A stretch of DNA of 64,000 bases from Chiloscyllium plagiosum (GCF_004010195.1 NC_057718.1:65556919-65620918), one strand, 5' to 3'. Numbered from the stretch's first letter, positions 24,485 through 38,295 are shown. Notes: a model not told the origin generated them from the letters alone. Program-made: numbers and translations.

Positions 24485-25077
24485 AATCATAGAGTCATAG
24501 AGATGTACAGCATGGAAACAGAGACCCTTCGGTCCAACCTGTCCATGTCGACCAGATATCCCAATCTAGTCCCACCTGGCAGCACCCGGTCCATATCCCT
24601 CCAAACCCTTCCTATTCATATACTCATCCAAATGCCTCTTAAATGTTGCAATTGTACCAGCCTTCACCACATCCTTTGGCAGCTTATTCTGTATACGTAC
24701 CACCCTATGCGTGAAACAGTTGCCCCTTAGGTCTCTTTTATATCTTTCCCCTCTCACCCTAAACCTATGCGCTCTAGTTCTGGACTCCCCAACCCCAGGG
24801 AAAAGACTTTGCCAATTTATCCTATCCATGCCCCTCATAATTTTGTAAACCTCTATAAGGTCACCCCTCAGCCTCCGACATTCCCCAGCCTGTTCAGCCT
24901 CTCTCTGTAACTCCGATCCTCCAACCCTGGCAACATCCTTGTAAATCTTTTCTGAACCCTTTCAACTTTCACAACATCTTTCCAATAGAAAGGAGACCAG
25001 AATTGCATGCAATATTCCAACAGTGGCCTAACCAATGTCCTGTACAGCCGCAACATGACCTCCCAACTCCTGCACTC
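24485..25077 (-). mobile_element. CR1 3' fragment inserted into the CR1 ORF1 relic
   Basis: ORFs 24566-24838 and 24868-25056; tail (rc) ctctatgactctatgattct; 7-bp direct repeat aatatag at 24478-24484 and 25078-25084. Confidence 0.88.
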
Positions 25078-25189
25078 AATATAGTGGACAGTACATATTA
25101 CTGGTCACACCACCAGTAAGGGCTGTGCAGACAGAGTTGGGCGACCGGCAAGAAGAGTAGTAAGCATGGGCAGGCAGTTTGACCATTCA

Positions 25190-25211
25190 CCCCCCCCCCC
25201 CCCCCCCCCCC
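25190..25211. repeat. Poly-C run (~22 nt)
   Basis: Directly visible homopolymer. Confidence 0.95.
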
Positions 25212-26261
25212 TTCTCAAACAGGTATACCTTTTTGAAAACTGTTTAGTTGGTTGTGGGGGTAAATGGGCTCTCAGGCGAAAGCAGCATTAGGAGCTAAAG
25301 CAGTGGGATTATGACTGACACTGTTGTATAGAGGGTTGAAATGTAGGCAAGCACTCGTGGTAGGGGATTTTGTGGTCGAGGACATGAGTGTTTCTGTGGT
25401 TGGAAGCTAGACTTTAGGATGTTGTGTACCTCCCTTGCGCTGGGGTCAAGGATCTCTGAGAAGGCGCAGGATATTTGATATGGGCCGGGTGCTGGCAGGT
25501 GGGACTAGATTGGGTTGGAATATCTGGTTGGTATGGACGGGTTGGACCGAAGGGTCTGTTTCCATGCTGTACATCTCTATGACTCTATAAGGTGGTGGTG
25601 GGGAGTGGTGAGCAGTCGGAGGTTGTGGTCCATACTGATTGCAACGACATAGGCAGAAAGAGACATGACATCCTGCAAAGGGAGTTCATGGAGTTAGATA
25701 GGAAATTGAAAATGGGACCTGTAAGGTTGTGGTGTTGGACGACTTCCTATGCAAGGCACCAGTAAAGCAAGGAATAGGAAGATAGTATAGTGAAATGCGT
25801 GGCTAAAGAGCTGGTGTGGGAGGAAGGGCTTCAAGTATGTTGATCATTGGGTTAATTTCTGGATAGGTGAGACCTGTGCAAGAAGGATGAATTGCACTGA
25901 AACTGCAAGGGCACCAATATCGCGGCAGGAAGGTTTGCTAGTGCCATTCAGGAGAGTTTAGACTTGTGTGGCAGGGGGGCAGGAACCATAGCTGGAGGTC
26001 AGCAACTTTAAAAAATGACTGAGGAGGGTGCAGAGACTAAGGGAAGTAAGACTAAGAGGAAGAACCAACACTGAGAGGTTACTGAATGTGGCAAGGCTGG
26101 TGATTTGAGATGTATTTGTTTTAATATGAGTAGTATGACAGGGTAAGGTGATAGGGTATGTGGGGAATTGGGTCTGGGTGGGACACTCTTTGGAGGATTG
26201 GTGTGGACTTGATGAGCCAAATGGCCCACTTTTGCACTGTATGGATTCTATGATTCTAAGA

Positions 26262-27112
26262 AATATGAGGTGATGCATTTTGGGAGATCTAATTCAGGAG
26301 GGAATTGTACAGTAAATGGCGCAACCTTTAGTAGCATCAACAAATACAGATGTACAGGTACACAGTTCCCTGAAAATGGCAAAACAAGTGGATAAGTTGG
26401 TCAAGAGCAGATGGTACGCTTGCCTTCATTGGTTGGGCATGGAGTATAAAAGTTGGCAAGTCAAACTGCAGCTGTAAAGAACTTTAGTTTGGCCACATTT
26501 GGAATATTGTGTGCAGGTCTTGACACCAAAGTTCCAGAACGATGTGAAGGCTTTGAAGAAGGTGCAGAAAAGGTTTACCAGTTGCTTTCCGGTTTGGATA
26601 ATATTAGTTATGAGGAGCGATTGAACAAACTCAGTTTGTTTTCACTTGAATTTGGAAGGATGAGGGATAACCCGGGAGAAGTTTACAAAATTGATAGGCA
26701 TGGATAGTCAGTCATTTCCCCAGGGAGAAATATCAAATACGAGGGGGTGTGGGTGTAAGATAAAAAGGGATAAATTTGAGATGAGAGAAGCAGGTTTTTT
26801 TTCAGTGCTTATAATGCACAGCCAGAGGAGGTGGTGGAAGCTGATACAATAGCAACATTTAAGAGGCATCTTGACAAATGTATGAATAAGCAGGGAATAG
26901 AGGTGATCTTACTGGATAGAGAGAAATCTTTTTTTAATTAAGAAAGGCACCTTGTGTCAATGCAGAAAACATCAAATGCTGCAGATCACAGTGGGTCGGG
27001 CACATCCAAGGAGAGAGAGCAAGCTAAAGTTTTGAGTCTCGACGGTGACTCTTTATTAGAGAAGTCTTGTTTGGCTAAAGGGCCAGTTTGTGTGCTGTAC
27101 TGCTCTGTTCTT
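26262..27112 (+). mobile_element. Old CR1 3' portion
   Basis: EVMHFGRSN, ISYEERLNKLSLFSLE and FKRHLDKCMN remnants. Confidence 0.75.
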
Positions 27113-27321
27113 TGGTGTCTACATACAGCATAGAAGTACATTGTTTTAGATGTTGTATGTGCCTATCCAGTACATATTTGATCTGTCTGACCTTGTACTC
27201 CTCCATTCCCATGCGGCCTGCGCATGTCTTCCTCCTGCATCGTTTTGGTAATGCTGGATCTGACTAGCAGAGCATCACCTTCTAGTGAGATGTAATTTCT
27301 GACAGGTGAGCACAGCCATAT

Positions 27322-27950
27322 TATAGAACATAGAACATTACAGCGCAGTACAGGCCCTTCGGCCCTCGATGTTGCGCCGCCCTGTCATACTAATCTGAAG
27401 CCCATCCCACCTACGCTATTCCATGTACATCCATTTGCCTGTCCAATGACGACTTAAATGCACTTAAACTTGGCGAATCTACTGATGCAGGCAAAACATT
27501 CCATACCCTAACTACTCTGAGTAAAGAACTACCTCTGACATCTGTCTTATATCTATCTCCCCTCACTTTAAAGTTGTGTCCCCTCGTGTTTGCCGTCCCT
27601 ATACTTGGAAAAAGGCTCTCCCTGTCCACCCTATCTAACCCTCTGATTATCTTGTATGTCTCTATTAAGTCACCTCTCAACCACCTCTCTAACGAGATCA
27701 GCCTCAAGGCCCTCAGCCTTTCCTTGTAAGACATTCCTTCCATACCAGGCAACATCCTAGTAAATCTCCTCTGCACCCTTTCCAAAGCTTCCACATTCTC
27801 CTTGTAATGCAGTGACCAGAACTGTACACAATACTCCAAGTGTGGCCGTACCAGAGCTTTGTACAGCTGCAGCATAACCTCCTGGTTCTGGAACACAATC
27901 CCTTTATTAATAAAGGCCAAAACACTGCACGCCTTCTTAACAACCCTACT
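27322..27950 (-). mobile_element. CR1 3' fragment, relatively young
   Basis: Open 169-aa frame 27411-27920 (LVRPHLEYCVQFWS...WNVLP); tail (rc) tgttctatgttctat. Confidence 0.92.
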
Positions 27951-28539
27951 GGCTTGGTTTTCTATATGGTATCAGGCCAATGGCTGAGGGGGAATTCCTT
28001 TAAGTCATCAACTTTTCTGATCTTATCTTCTGCCCTTAACTTTGGTTAAATGGTAACACATTCACTATGGATGGACCTACGTCATTTATTCCCTGTTTAT
28101 CATGTGGTGTCAACTGGAGCAGGGCATCTGCTTAAAACATTTCTTACCTTCGGATTTCAGAATTAAATCGTGACCATGATTTTTGTTTTCTACTATGAAC
28201 TTCTAGATTTATGTTTGGAATCTCGCACATGAATATACAGCTGCCAGAAGGTCTCCTTTCTATATTTGCATGCATCATCTCAGCTGACTTTAGAGCTTTG
28301 GAGCAAAAGTCTTGCCTTTTGTATCAGGGCTGCTCACTTAGGTCCTTGCATTCTACTACTTTTTGAGTTTGCTGAATCTTCCCCTGTTCTAAATCAGTAC
28401 TCTGCTCTGTTCAGCATCTCCCTTCATCAGCTCTGGTGGGTTTTCTGTGTGTTCTAATGTAAAGTATGAAACAACATGTGTATTGCATCAAACCAAGGAA
28501 ATTTCTCAACATCTATCTTTTATGCCAACTTTGCTTATT

Positions 28540-29106
28540 TTTCAAAGTTTGTGCGAAGATTTGTAGCTCGGGTGCTCGTTGTTGTGGTTCTGTTCGCCGA
28601 GCTGGGAATTTGTGTTGCAGACGTTTCGTCCCCTGTCTAGGTGACATCCTCAGTGCTTGGGAGCCTCCTGTGAAGCGCTTCTGTGATCTTTCCTCCGGCA
28701 TTTGTAGTGGTTTGAATCTGCCGCTTCCGGTTGTCAGTTCCAGCTGTCCGTTGCAGTGGCCGGTATATTGGGTCCAGGTCAATGTGCTTATTGATTGAAT
28801 CTGTGGATGAGTGCAATGCCTCTAGGAATTCCCTGGCTGTTCTCTGTTTGGCTTGTCCTATAATAGTAGTGTTGTCCCAGTCAAACTCATGTTGCTTGTC
28901 ATCTGAGTGTGTGGCTACTAAGGATAGCTGGTCATGTCGTTTCGTGGCTAGTTGGTGTTCATGGATGCGGATCGTTAGCTGTCTTCCTGTTTGTCCTATG
29001 TAGTGTTTTGTGCAGTCCTTGCATGGGATTTTGTACACTACATTGGTTTTGCTCATGCTGGGTATCGGGTCCTTCGTTCTGGTGAGTTGTCTGAGAGTGG
29101 CTGTTG
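28540..29106 (-). mobile_element. Penelope-like element 3' part encoding a GIY-YIG endonuclease
   Basis: NVVYKIPCKDCTKHYIGQTGR...RIHEH...REFLEA..S...IN; terminal repeat contains a hammerhead motif. Confidence 0.92.
28617..28656 (-). ncRNA. Minimal hammerhead ribozyme motif in a PLE terminal repeat
   Basis: Minus strand: GCA-CUGAGGA-u-GUCaCCU-agac-AGGgGAC-GAAA-C-GUC-UGC. Intact core, stem I GCA/UGC, stem II, palindromic ACGU. Confidence 0.72.
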
Positions 29107-29347
29107 NNNNNNNNNNNNNNNNNNNNNNNNNNNNNNNNNNNNNNNNNNNNNNNNNNNNNNNNNNNNNNNNNNNNNNNNNNNNNNNNNNNNNNNNNNNNNN
29201 NNNNNNNNNNNNNNNNNNNNNNNNNNNNNNNNNNNNNNNNNNNNNNNNNNNNNNNNNNNNNNNNNNNNNNNNNNNNNNNNNNNNNNNNNNNNNNNNNNNN
29301 NNNNNNNNNNNNNNNNNNNNNNNNNNNNNNNNNNNNNNNNNNNNNNN
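29107..29347. other. Assembly gap (N run)
   Basis: Run of n between the inverted PLE arms. Confidence 1.
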
Positions 29348-29349
29348 CC

Positions 29350-29575
29350 AGTGAATTCCTAGAGGCATGGCACTCATCCACAGATTCAATCAATAAGCAC
29401 ATCGACCTGGACCCAATATACCGGCCACTGCAGCGGACAGCTGGAACTGACAACCGGAAGCGGCAGATACAAATCACTATAAATGCCGGAGGAAACATCA
29501 CAGAAGCGCTTCACAGGAGGCTCCCAAGCACTGAGGATGTCACCAGACAGGAGACAAAATGTCTGCAACACAAAT
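29350..29575 (+). mobile_element. Inverted partial copy of the same PLE 3' end
   Basis: EFLEAWHSSTDSINKHIDLDPIYRPLQR; reverse complement of ~28605-28830; hammerhead core mutated. Confidence 0.9.
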
Positions 29576-30627
29576 TTTGCTTATTCTCTTCATGGGTTCT
29601 TTTGTGGATGTGAACTCTTTTATTTTGTCTATACCCTGTGCTGTGAATTTCAGTACTGACAAATAAGCTGACAGTCCTTTACACTGTTGGTGTATCTTGA
29701 CTATTTTCTGCTGAAACTATCTTGGCTTACGTTGCGGTCAAAAAGTACTTGGACAATTGTATTAACCAAAGGGTCTGATGAACATTGTCAATAACAAAGA
29801 TTCCTTGACATTTCAGATCCTAGTCACTATTTGTGGCATCAAAATTGTTGAAAGTGCTGTAACAGGAGAATAAGTTTCCGGTTTATTGTTGATTTAAGAT
29901 CTTTGGGAAATTGTTAGTCCTCCATTTTTGCTTCTATGGATTGATTTTATCCTCTCTAGAGGATCCGAGAGTCCGGTAAGGATCTTTCTTCATCCACCTA
30001 TCAGAGCTTGCTTACAGGCCATCCTTTTTGTTTAGTTCTTCGTAACGGGGATGAATGACTGGTTCCTTTGAGTAACATGTTACCACTTAGTCCAATCATG
30101 AACACATCTAACTATCCATAGTTCTACCAGATCTCACTTGCTACTGATTAGAGGGTGCATTTGAATGACTTCAACCTTCAGTTGCCTCTTTATTACATGA
30201 TTTCTGAAACCACAGCACTTCACAATTGCTTAATCTCAGGAAAGCAAGACCATCCGTTTCAGGCCATACACTGATCATCTTTTATTTAGTGTGCCCCCCA
30301 TCCCTGAATTGGCCTTTCTCAGCTGGAAAATTTTAGTTTCCTCTCTGTTGCTACATAATACTGTTTCAGAGCATTTTTCCTTGGCTAGGAATATTATCTC
30401 AGGTTTTCAAAACACATCTTCTACCATCATCTTGCTTTGTGCTGCATACCTTTCCTCAATGTTTGGGTTTTCATCAAGCTCTTCTGCAATTAGATCACAA
30501 CCACCACCTCCTCTACCTCGCAGTCTTTCTCAGGCTTTCCATTGTGTTGAGGGTGTTCCCTTCCTTTCTTCCTTCCTGCTTGGTGTTGGTGAAAAGCTGT
30601 CTGGTCTGCTGGGTTTTGCTGGTTTGC

Positions 30628-31085
30628 AGGACATTATTTAAACAGGCCACAACATACTGCAGCACCCAAGAACTACAATGGCACAAGAGAAATACTTATA
30701 GCGTACTCAAGAACAATGGGTACCTGATAAACATAGCCCATCAATTCTTAAACAACAAACCCAAACAAGTAGACACAAATACACCCAGAAACCCAAGCCA
30801 CACTACCATACATCAGAGACCCCTCTGAGATGACAACCGAGCTACTCCAACCCCTTGGCATCATGGTAGCCCACAAACTTACCAACACACTGGCACAGCT
30901 CCTGAGGAACCTAAAGGATCCTGTACCAACAGCCAGGAAAATGAATGTCATTTACAAAATACCCTGCAAGAACTGTAACAAACACTACATCGGACACAGG
31001 CAGAAAATTAGCCACCAGGATACACAAACACCCGAATAGCCACCAAAAGAGATGACTCACTCTCGCTTGTATCCTTACATACATA
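30628..31085 (+). mobile_element. Decayed Penelope-like fragment
   Basis: LKNNGY; LLQPLGIMVAHK...NVIYKIPCKNCNKHYIG. Confidence 0.85.
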
Positions 31086-31779
31086 TTGAAAGTTGTTATA
31101 ACAACTTTGTTTTTCCTGCGGTTAGTAAATTGATGGCTGATAAGTTGTTCGTCAACATGTATCCATTGCAGCATTCCAAGATGTTAATTTGGATAACTAT
31201 TTTTTCCTAGCATTTATGATAAATGCTACGTACAGTATGCTCTTCTTTCTTCTTTTGCACTTCAAAGTATGTAAATTTGCAATTGAACAATCTGTAGTGA
31301 AGTATCAGGAAATTATTTATCCATTGTGTTACGCCAACAGGCAGACTTCTGTTGGCAATAATTATATTTTAAATAGTAGCTTATTGCAGCCTGGAGTAGT
31401 TTGTGAAGATTGAAGTTATTGGCACATTTTGCTCATGAAGCAAACTGGTTGCTTGAGTATTAAATATTTTGCAATGCATTTAGAAGCTGAACTCCAGGAA
31501 CAGTGTGAATGATTTATTATGTTCTTTTATAATGGTGCTGACATGAAGTGAGTTCACCTCAAGATGGATTTCAAGCTGAGGCGAGTTTGAAAGCAATCAT
31601 GTCAGCACAAATTACTTAATTGTATGTCTGTGTGCTTGATTATTCATCCTTTTATTAGCATGTTGTGGGGATTTGTAATTTCTGTATCTTGACCATCCAG
31701 TTTGTTATCTTTTGAGGTTAACTATGAAGTAACTGAACTTGTTATAACAACTTTCATAATTTCAGGAAATCTTGAAACA

Positions 31780-32178
31780 CTTTTACAGCCAACTAAATAC
31801 TTTTGATCTATGCTCATTGCTCTATTTTTAACAGTACACAACCAAATCTGTGCACAGAAAAGTTTTGCAAGCGATGATGTGAGAATGGCCAGATGATCTC
31901 TCTTTAATGATGTTGGTTGAGCAATATATATTGGACAAGAACCCAGGAAAAGAACTCCTTTGCTTCTCAAAACTGTACCTTGAAAGATCTGTTATCCAAC
32001 CAAGATAATAGACTGGTCCTTGTCTTAACATTGCATCTGACAGATGTTTACTCCAACAATGAGTCCTCCATTAGCACTATAACAAAAAGATAAGTTAGTA
32101 TTCACAAATCTCGGGAGTAGGGTTTGAACTCAATCTACTGACTTGAGTTGCAAGTGCTATAGTTACGTATTGCACTGA
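31780..32178 (-). mobile_element. Decayed DeuSINE-like element
   Basis: Reverse complement resembles 2712-3110 (cagatgcaatgttaagac; ccaatatatattgctcaaccaacatc); B-box-like gagttcaaacc. Confidence 0.5.
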
Positions 32179-34049
32179 GTAAAACTGACTTGTCTACTCA
32201 TGGCAAGCAACCATTATTGAATTCTATTTAAAACCACCTAAAACCTCACTCCCTCCCCACCTAAAAACAAAACTAGAGAAGAATACAATATAACTAAACC
32301 AATCTGAATCAGACTTAAAAGTTTAATAAGTTGGGTTCCTTATTTGTTTTTAAGTGTTATCACAGCCAAAACATGTGAAGCTGCCAGAGTAACTTGCTAA
32401 AAATTATTTTCCTTAATATTAATGTATTTAACAAAAATTTTTTTAACCAGAAATAATAAAAAATATATTTCTTACTTCCTTCAAAGTGTCAATTAACATA
32501 TTTTGTTTCTTTTTGTCTGGGCATTTCATTCCATTTTCAATAACTTGACTCTATTCCCTGACTACATCAATGATTCTGACTTTCATGCCTTTTACTTCGT
32601 CACAGCTAAGTGGGGTTGGTAGTGATTGGTTTGACTTAATCAAAGATCCTAATCCGATTACTCCACCAGTGGATTCTTTAATCGCAGCAAAACATTTGTA
32701 GGGTTTTTTTTTGGAGGAATTTGGATGGAAGGACATTTCTCATTCTCTCTCCTTTTTGTCTTTCAATCAAATTATTTACACCTATGCTGGTAGAATCACT
32801 CTCTGTTAAATAGAATACAGCTCTTTACAACAACTATAGTCACACACGACTACTAATCACCCTGCTGATTACTGACCAGCGCTGTCGTGCCTTATATATC
32901 ATGACTCACCTTCACTTCATCTTGCTGTTTTCTTACTTCGTAATTGCTGTCAGACTTAAGAAACCTCAGCCTTGTCATGGGAGTGTTTTAAACATTTACA
33001 TATCAGGTGAGCACCCTTGCTATAGATTGCGGGATTCTTTTGGAATAGAACCAAAAATTGTCTCGTCTGTGTTTAAGGAAGCACTGAAATTGCTACCCAT
33101 TTTAATACCTGGCAACTAATTCTGCAAAGAACCTCAACACAATCTGTGTATTACTTTCTACATTATCATTTACTGCTGGGTAATATGATGATATTAGTGT
33201 GTGTTTAACTCAATTTTTGCTCAGAAATATTTGACTCTTAACTGTGGACCATTATCAGACACACACACAACTCACAAACCAATTTTTCAATTTCAATGGT
33301 TTGACACTACTGGTATGAAGCATAGACTCAACATATCCACTTCCCATAGCTATCGATCAAAACAAATCCTCTTTCCCTTCAAAGGAATCAGCATGTACTC
33401 CTTCATTCCCACTATTTTCTTGTCTTTGACTATGAAAATGAAAGGAAGTATGATTTGATTATTTTCCATTCTGTGATACATGTCACAACTTTCCACCTCC
33501 TTAACAGCCTTAGATCTTTGTAACTTATTCAGCTGTTACCTTATGCACAGTTAAATGCAATAAATAACTGTCCTAGCTTTTAAAATGACGGTTGTACATT
33601 ATACATTGTCCTTCTTCTTGACTTCAGCCTTATGACACTGAACTTTATTGTTTTGGATCTCATTGCTGAAAGATGACTATGTTCTCTTAAAACTTTGTCA
33701 GCATCAGATTTTCTTACCAATCCCTACAGTAGATAATTCCGCCCAGTTTATCATATCATTTTATGCCAAATGTTTCTCAGAGATGATTTTCATCTTACCA
33801 GAACCATTGGCATTAACACGAATCATCATCATATTTTACCCTCATTTGCCTTAACACTAGACTCTGTTGTTGGAGTAACTGCTCACTTTCAGACCAGTTT
33901 TGCGAAAGGGGTTGAGACCTGTGGACAACTTGTACTGTCCTACCAAGAAAACAGCTGACATGCTGTAGTTGTATCACTGATGAAAGCTAAGTTTTGAATC
34001 TTGGGCTTTTGTTTTTACTCTGAATGCTGGAATTATGTCTTCAAGCTGA

Positions 34050-34450
34050 TAGTAACATAGGAGCTAAAAGCAGGAGTAGGCCATACAGCTGTTAACCTGT
34101 TCCACCATTCAATCTGATCATCTCTGAGCCTCTATCTCAATGTCATATTCCCACATAATCTCCACACTCCTTTATGTCATTCATATCTAAAAATATATCA
34201 ATTTTTTTTTTAACATATTTAGTAACTTGGCCTCTGTGGTGGCAAATTCTACAAGTTGACCACCACCTGAGTGAAGAGACATTTCTCGGCTCATACCTAA
34301 AAGGCTTACACACTATCCTGAAACTATGACCCATGGTTCCAGACTGCCAACCAGGTAAAATGTAATACCTGCATCTAGATTGTCCAGTCCTGTTGAATTT
34401 TACACATTTCAGTCAGAACTGCAATGATCCTTCGAAACTCTGGTAAATGC
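34050..34450 (-). mobile_element. Old CR1 3' fragment
   Basis: GHSFRI and IDIFLDMNDIKEC remnants plus tail cctactcctgct. Confidence 0.6.
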
Positions 34451-37059
34451 AGCAGTGCTTCCCAACCTTTTCAGTATCAAGGCACACTTCAGTGAGAGAA
34501 ATGATTTTACAGAAACCAACTTTTCTCAGCTGAAGTGATTGCTTACAAGCATCATGTTTTCCATTTAATGTGCTGTGACAGGAGTGGAGACACCAGGTAA
34601 TCAGTGAGGAACACCTCCCCCACACAACTACTTCACTCCTGCCTGCCACCCATCCACTGACATCCAGCCATCTCCCACAACAAATACCCATCTTGCAGAG
34701 GCTGCTGGCAGCAACTGCCAATATGCCCTCCCTCCCAAACAAAACATGAGGCAGTGAGGAAAAGCCCACCCCATCAAATGCCACTCCAGCGAGGGCTGGC
34801 TTTGCATGCCGGACCTCCCACCTTCACCACGTTCTCGACTAGAATACAGGTTCAGTTGCACCACACTCTTAATACACCAGTCCTGCCATCGCTAATATCT
34901 GCCTAATGTGACTCTGCATTGCACTCCCCCTATGGCGAGTCTGTCCTCTTAGGTTGATTTTGTAGACTATCTTCATATTAGATACCATCTGATTCTGTTT
35001 CCATAACTTTGAGGTCCTCTAATGTACGTATCAGACACTTTAACTAGTTCCATATCTACCATGTCTGCATGGCTATGATCTGGAGCTTCACTTTTTCCTT
35101 TACCTGTGGGAAAAGTAAATCCTATCCAGCCAGTATGCACAAGTAATGTATTTTTAGTGGAAATGGGGCATTTAAATGATTCTCTACCATGGCAACAGTA
35201 ACATGCTTTTCTAATTCAGTGACAGTGAATTTGGCTGTTGAGTTGACTTCAGTGAAATCTGTGGACATTGACTGTAGGCTCAATAAAATAATTTCTGTGA
35301 TCTAGCACTATCTATCTTTCTACGACTTGCATGGATGTAGCCTCATTCATGTTTCTCAGTTGATTACTGCCTTTGCTCAGAAGATTTTATGGGATTGTAT
35401 TGTTCTTTTGCTCCTCTAGTGAACATGCCTGTAATGTTGACATTTAGTTCACACCTTAATACAGTGAGAATTTGTTTAATTTGAGAATGTAGTCTGCAAC
35501 AGCCTTCCTTGGCAACTGTTTTCTTTTGCTGGAATCCTGCTCTCAGCGCAATTTCATTCCTAGTCCTGCAGAGAAGCTCACAATCGTAAAAATTAATCAA
35601 AATCCATGGCACTGAGGACCAGCAGACCCCATTCAAATGAAAGGTTTTAAAAAAAATTCCATCCTATTCTTGTCACTTTTTAGTTGTGTGTTCCTAAAAC
35701 GTAGTCCTTGACTGTAGGCAGCCATTACTGGCAAGTGGTAAATAAAATTATTCAATGTAGAGGGCAGCAGAAATGCCCCTACTCTCCTGTAATTATTGAT
35801 ATATGGTTAAGAATTTTGAAAAGAACCAAGTGCAGTTTTCTGTTTTGGAATTAATTCTACAGAGGTGACTAATATTTGGGTAGTTAAATCCAACTTTTAT
35901 TTTGCTGGGAGTCTGGTATAAATGAATGTTACATTCTGGTAACCCCATCTCCTTGGAGAAAATCCCCTGGAGTGGGCTGCTATTATCAAGGGAGCTAATC
36001 TGAATAGCTTGGTAGGAGGTTTGTCTCCTGATTATATTCCACAACATTACGCATGCTCAACATCTTTCTCTCCACTGTTGACCCCACTGCAAATCCAGAA
36101 AATTATGACCTTGGTGAAAAACTGAGAGGTGGGAGGATGTGGTGAGAAGACTTGAGAGCAGTTGACAGAAAGTGAAGAGTTACGAGAGTGTGGGAGGTGG
36201 GTATAGGTCTCCACAGTGGCCAGTGCTGCCTCGAATTAAGACCCCAGATATTTGCGTTGAAAACCTCCTGCACACCCCCTCCTTTTAGGGCGCTTTTAAA
36301 CTTCGTGAGTGTCCAGAATGCAGTCATACAATTGAAGCTGAGAATCATATGTGCTGTTCTTTCCTGGTGCAGTCTAAGGGAAGAAGCCTGAGACAGAAGG
36401 TTATTATTGTAAAGTCAAACTCTGCATTTGCTATCATTTTGAATGTGTGCATGTTTCGGTATTCCTTCCTGTGAGCAGGCATCTGATCCCCACTTGGCAT
36501 ATATCCAACATTCATGCAACTGAGATCAGCAGATTTACTAAGGGTAAGTAAACCTTGCAGATCTGATGTATTTTGCCTGTTCTGTGCTAGGAAACAATAA
36601 AAGTTTTTCAGTTGACCTCACCACCTTGTGAAGGGAAAAACTGGCCCAAGGTTTATTATAGTTCAGTATCACTTGTTGATCAGCTCCATTTGTGAGAATG
36701 AAAATCATACTCCATGCTCTTACATTCAGTAGCAGCCTCCTGCAAACTGTCAGTGTTAATAATTACATGAACTGGCATAAGATAATGCAGAAACATATAA
36801 CCTGGCAAGAAGTTACACGTTTAGAAAGAGGGAACATGAAAGTCAGTGGGAAGTTTTTTTTTAAAAGAACGCTTTGACTTGGATGACTGAGATGGTTCTA
36901 GATGTTATCCCTGATCAATCCCCACTTCACACCTTTGCCTCCAACCTTTAATGTGTCAGCATTAGCCTTCTTTTGTTTTTGTTCTCTTAAGTAATCGAGC
37001 ATGATATATAATTTCCTTTTTTTCTGTACTATATAAATAACCATATCCTTAACATAACA

Positions 37060-37808
37060 CATCCATAAAGAATGGGTACCCAATGAACACAGTCCACCAA
37101 TTTCTCAGCAACAAACTCAAGTAAGTGGACAAAACACATTCAGAAACCCTGGCCACTCTCCCCTACATCAGAGACATCTTGAAAATGACTGCCAGACTAC
37201 TCAGACCTCTTGGCATCATGGTAGCCCACAAACCCACTAACACACTAAAACAGCAGCTAATGAAGTTGAAAGACCCTATACAGACAACAAGCAAGACTAA
37301 TGTCATTTACAAAATACCTTGCAAGAACTGTAACAAACACTACATTGGAGAAACAGGCAGAAAACTCGTCACCAAGATAGATGAACATCAACTGGCCACA
37401 TAAAGACATGACCCAGTCTCACTATATCCTTACATACAGATGAAGAATACCACTATAACTGGGCAACACATCCATCCTAGGACAAGCCAAACACAAAAAT
37501 GCATGAGAATTCCTAGAAGCATAGCACTTCAACCGGAACTCTATCAACAAACACATTGACTTGGATCCCATTTACCACCCCCTGAGAAAAAGAACAGGAA
37601 ATGACATCACAATGGGAAATGATGTCACCTCTGACCCAAGGAAACCCAAACACAAACAGAAAGTGAGCCATACTACCAGTGCTTCATCCTGAGGCTCACT
37701 GATAATGTTACCTAGTATGGTGATGAAAAGTCTGAAACCTTGCAGCTCAGCGAGCAAACCTACATCCAGAACCTCAACCTGAGCTACAAATCTTCTCAAA
37801 ACTCGCTA
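37060..37808 (+). mobile_element. Penelope-like element 3' fragment (GIY-YIG plus terminal repeat)
   Basis: ORF 37125-37403 LPYIRD...NVIYKIPCKNCNKHYIGETGR; degenerate hammerhead cactgataatgttacc-tagtat-ggtgatgaaaagtc near 37697. Confidence 0.88.
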
Positions 37809-37936
37809 CCGTGTCCTTTTATATATAAATATAAAAGGTACCTATCGCTTCACCTCCCAGCCACATTTTGGAAAATTGAACCATAACACTGTGCTGCTCC
37901 TCCTGGCTTACAAGCAGAAATTGAAGTGAGGGCTAG

Positions 37937-38295
37937 TACAGTCGGTTCTGCTATAATGTGTGTATCTTCAATGCGAATTGGATTTAACACCATTGAAGAA
38001 TTTAGACTGTTATTTGCAGAACACAAACTTTCCTTGCCTGTTTTGGCTGCAATGTGATTCTGGCTCCATTAGTTTAAATGGCACATCTAATGCACGATTT
38101 TCTTATAATGTGAGATTGCACGAGAACAGAGTTACAGGTCATTCCGTTATAATGGCCGTTTTGTTAACACAAACTTGCTGTAATGTGATTGATTTAGGGA
38201 TGCTGTTTCTACAGCATAAGCTTTTAAAACATGTGTTGGCTGTAATGTGATTACAGTGTCAACACTTAAGGCAGTGTTTCCACAGTGCGATTTTT
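37937..38295. mobile_element. Probable Tigger-like MITE remnants (two adjacent pieces); related piece at ~21910-22090
   Basis: Starts tacagtcggttctgctataatg and tacaggtcattccgttataatg; recurring ataac/gcgaattgg motifs shared with 21910-22090. Confidence 0.4.

Larger units (their letters stand above)
24300..26140 (+). mobile_element. 5' part of a CR1 element: ORF1 zinc-finger/coiled-coil and SGNH-esterase-like remnants, interrupted by younger inserts
   Basis: MAGELGTVECSS...DYVCRKYVQLQLL..LEL (ORF 24300-24500); later VVGD, LPCAGVKD, VVVHTDCNDIG and DELH-like remnants typical of CR1 ORF1. Confidence 0.7.

Noticed and set aside
28959..29613. Several long ORFs spanning 29107-29347
   Set aside because: Length is an artefact of N runs translated as X.
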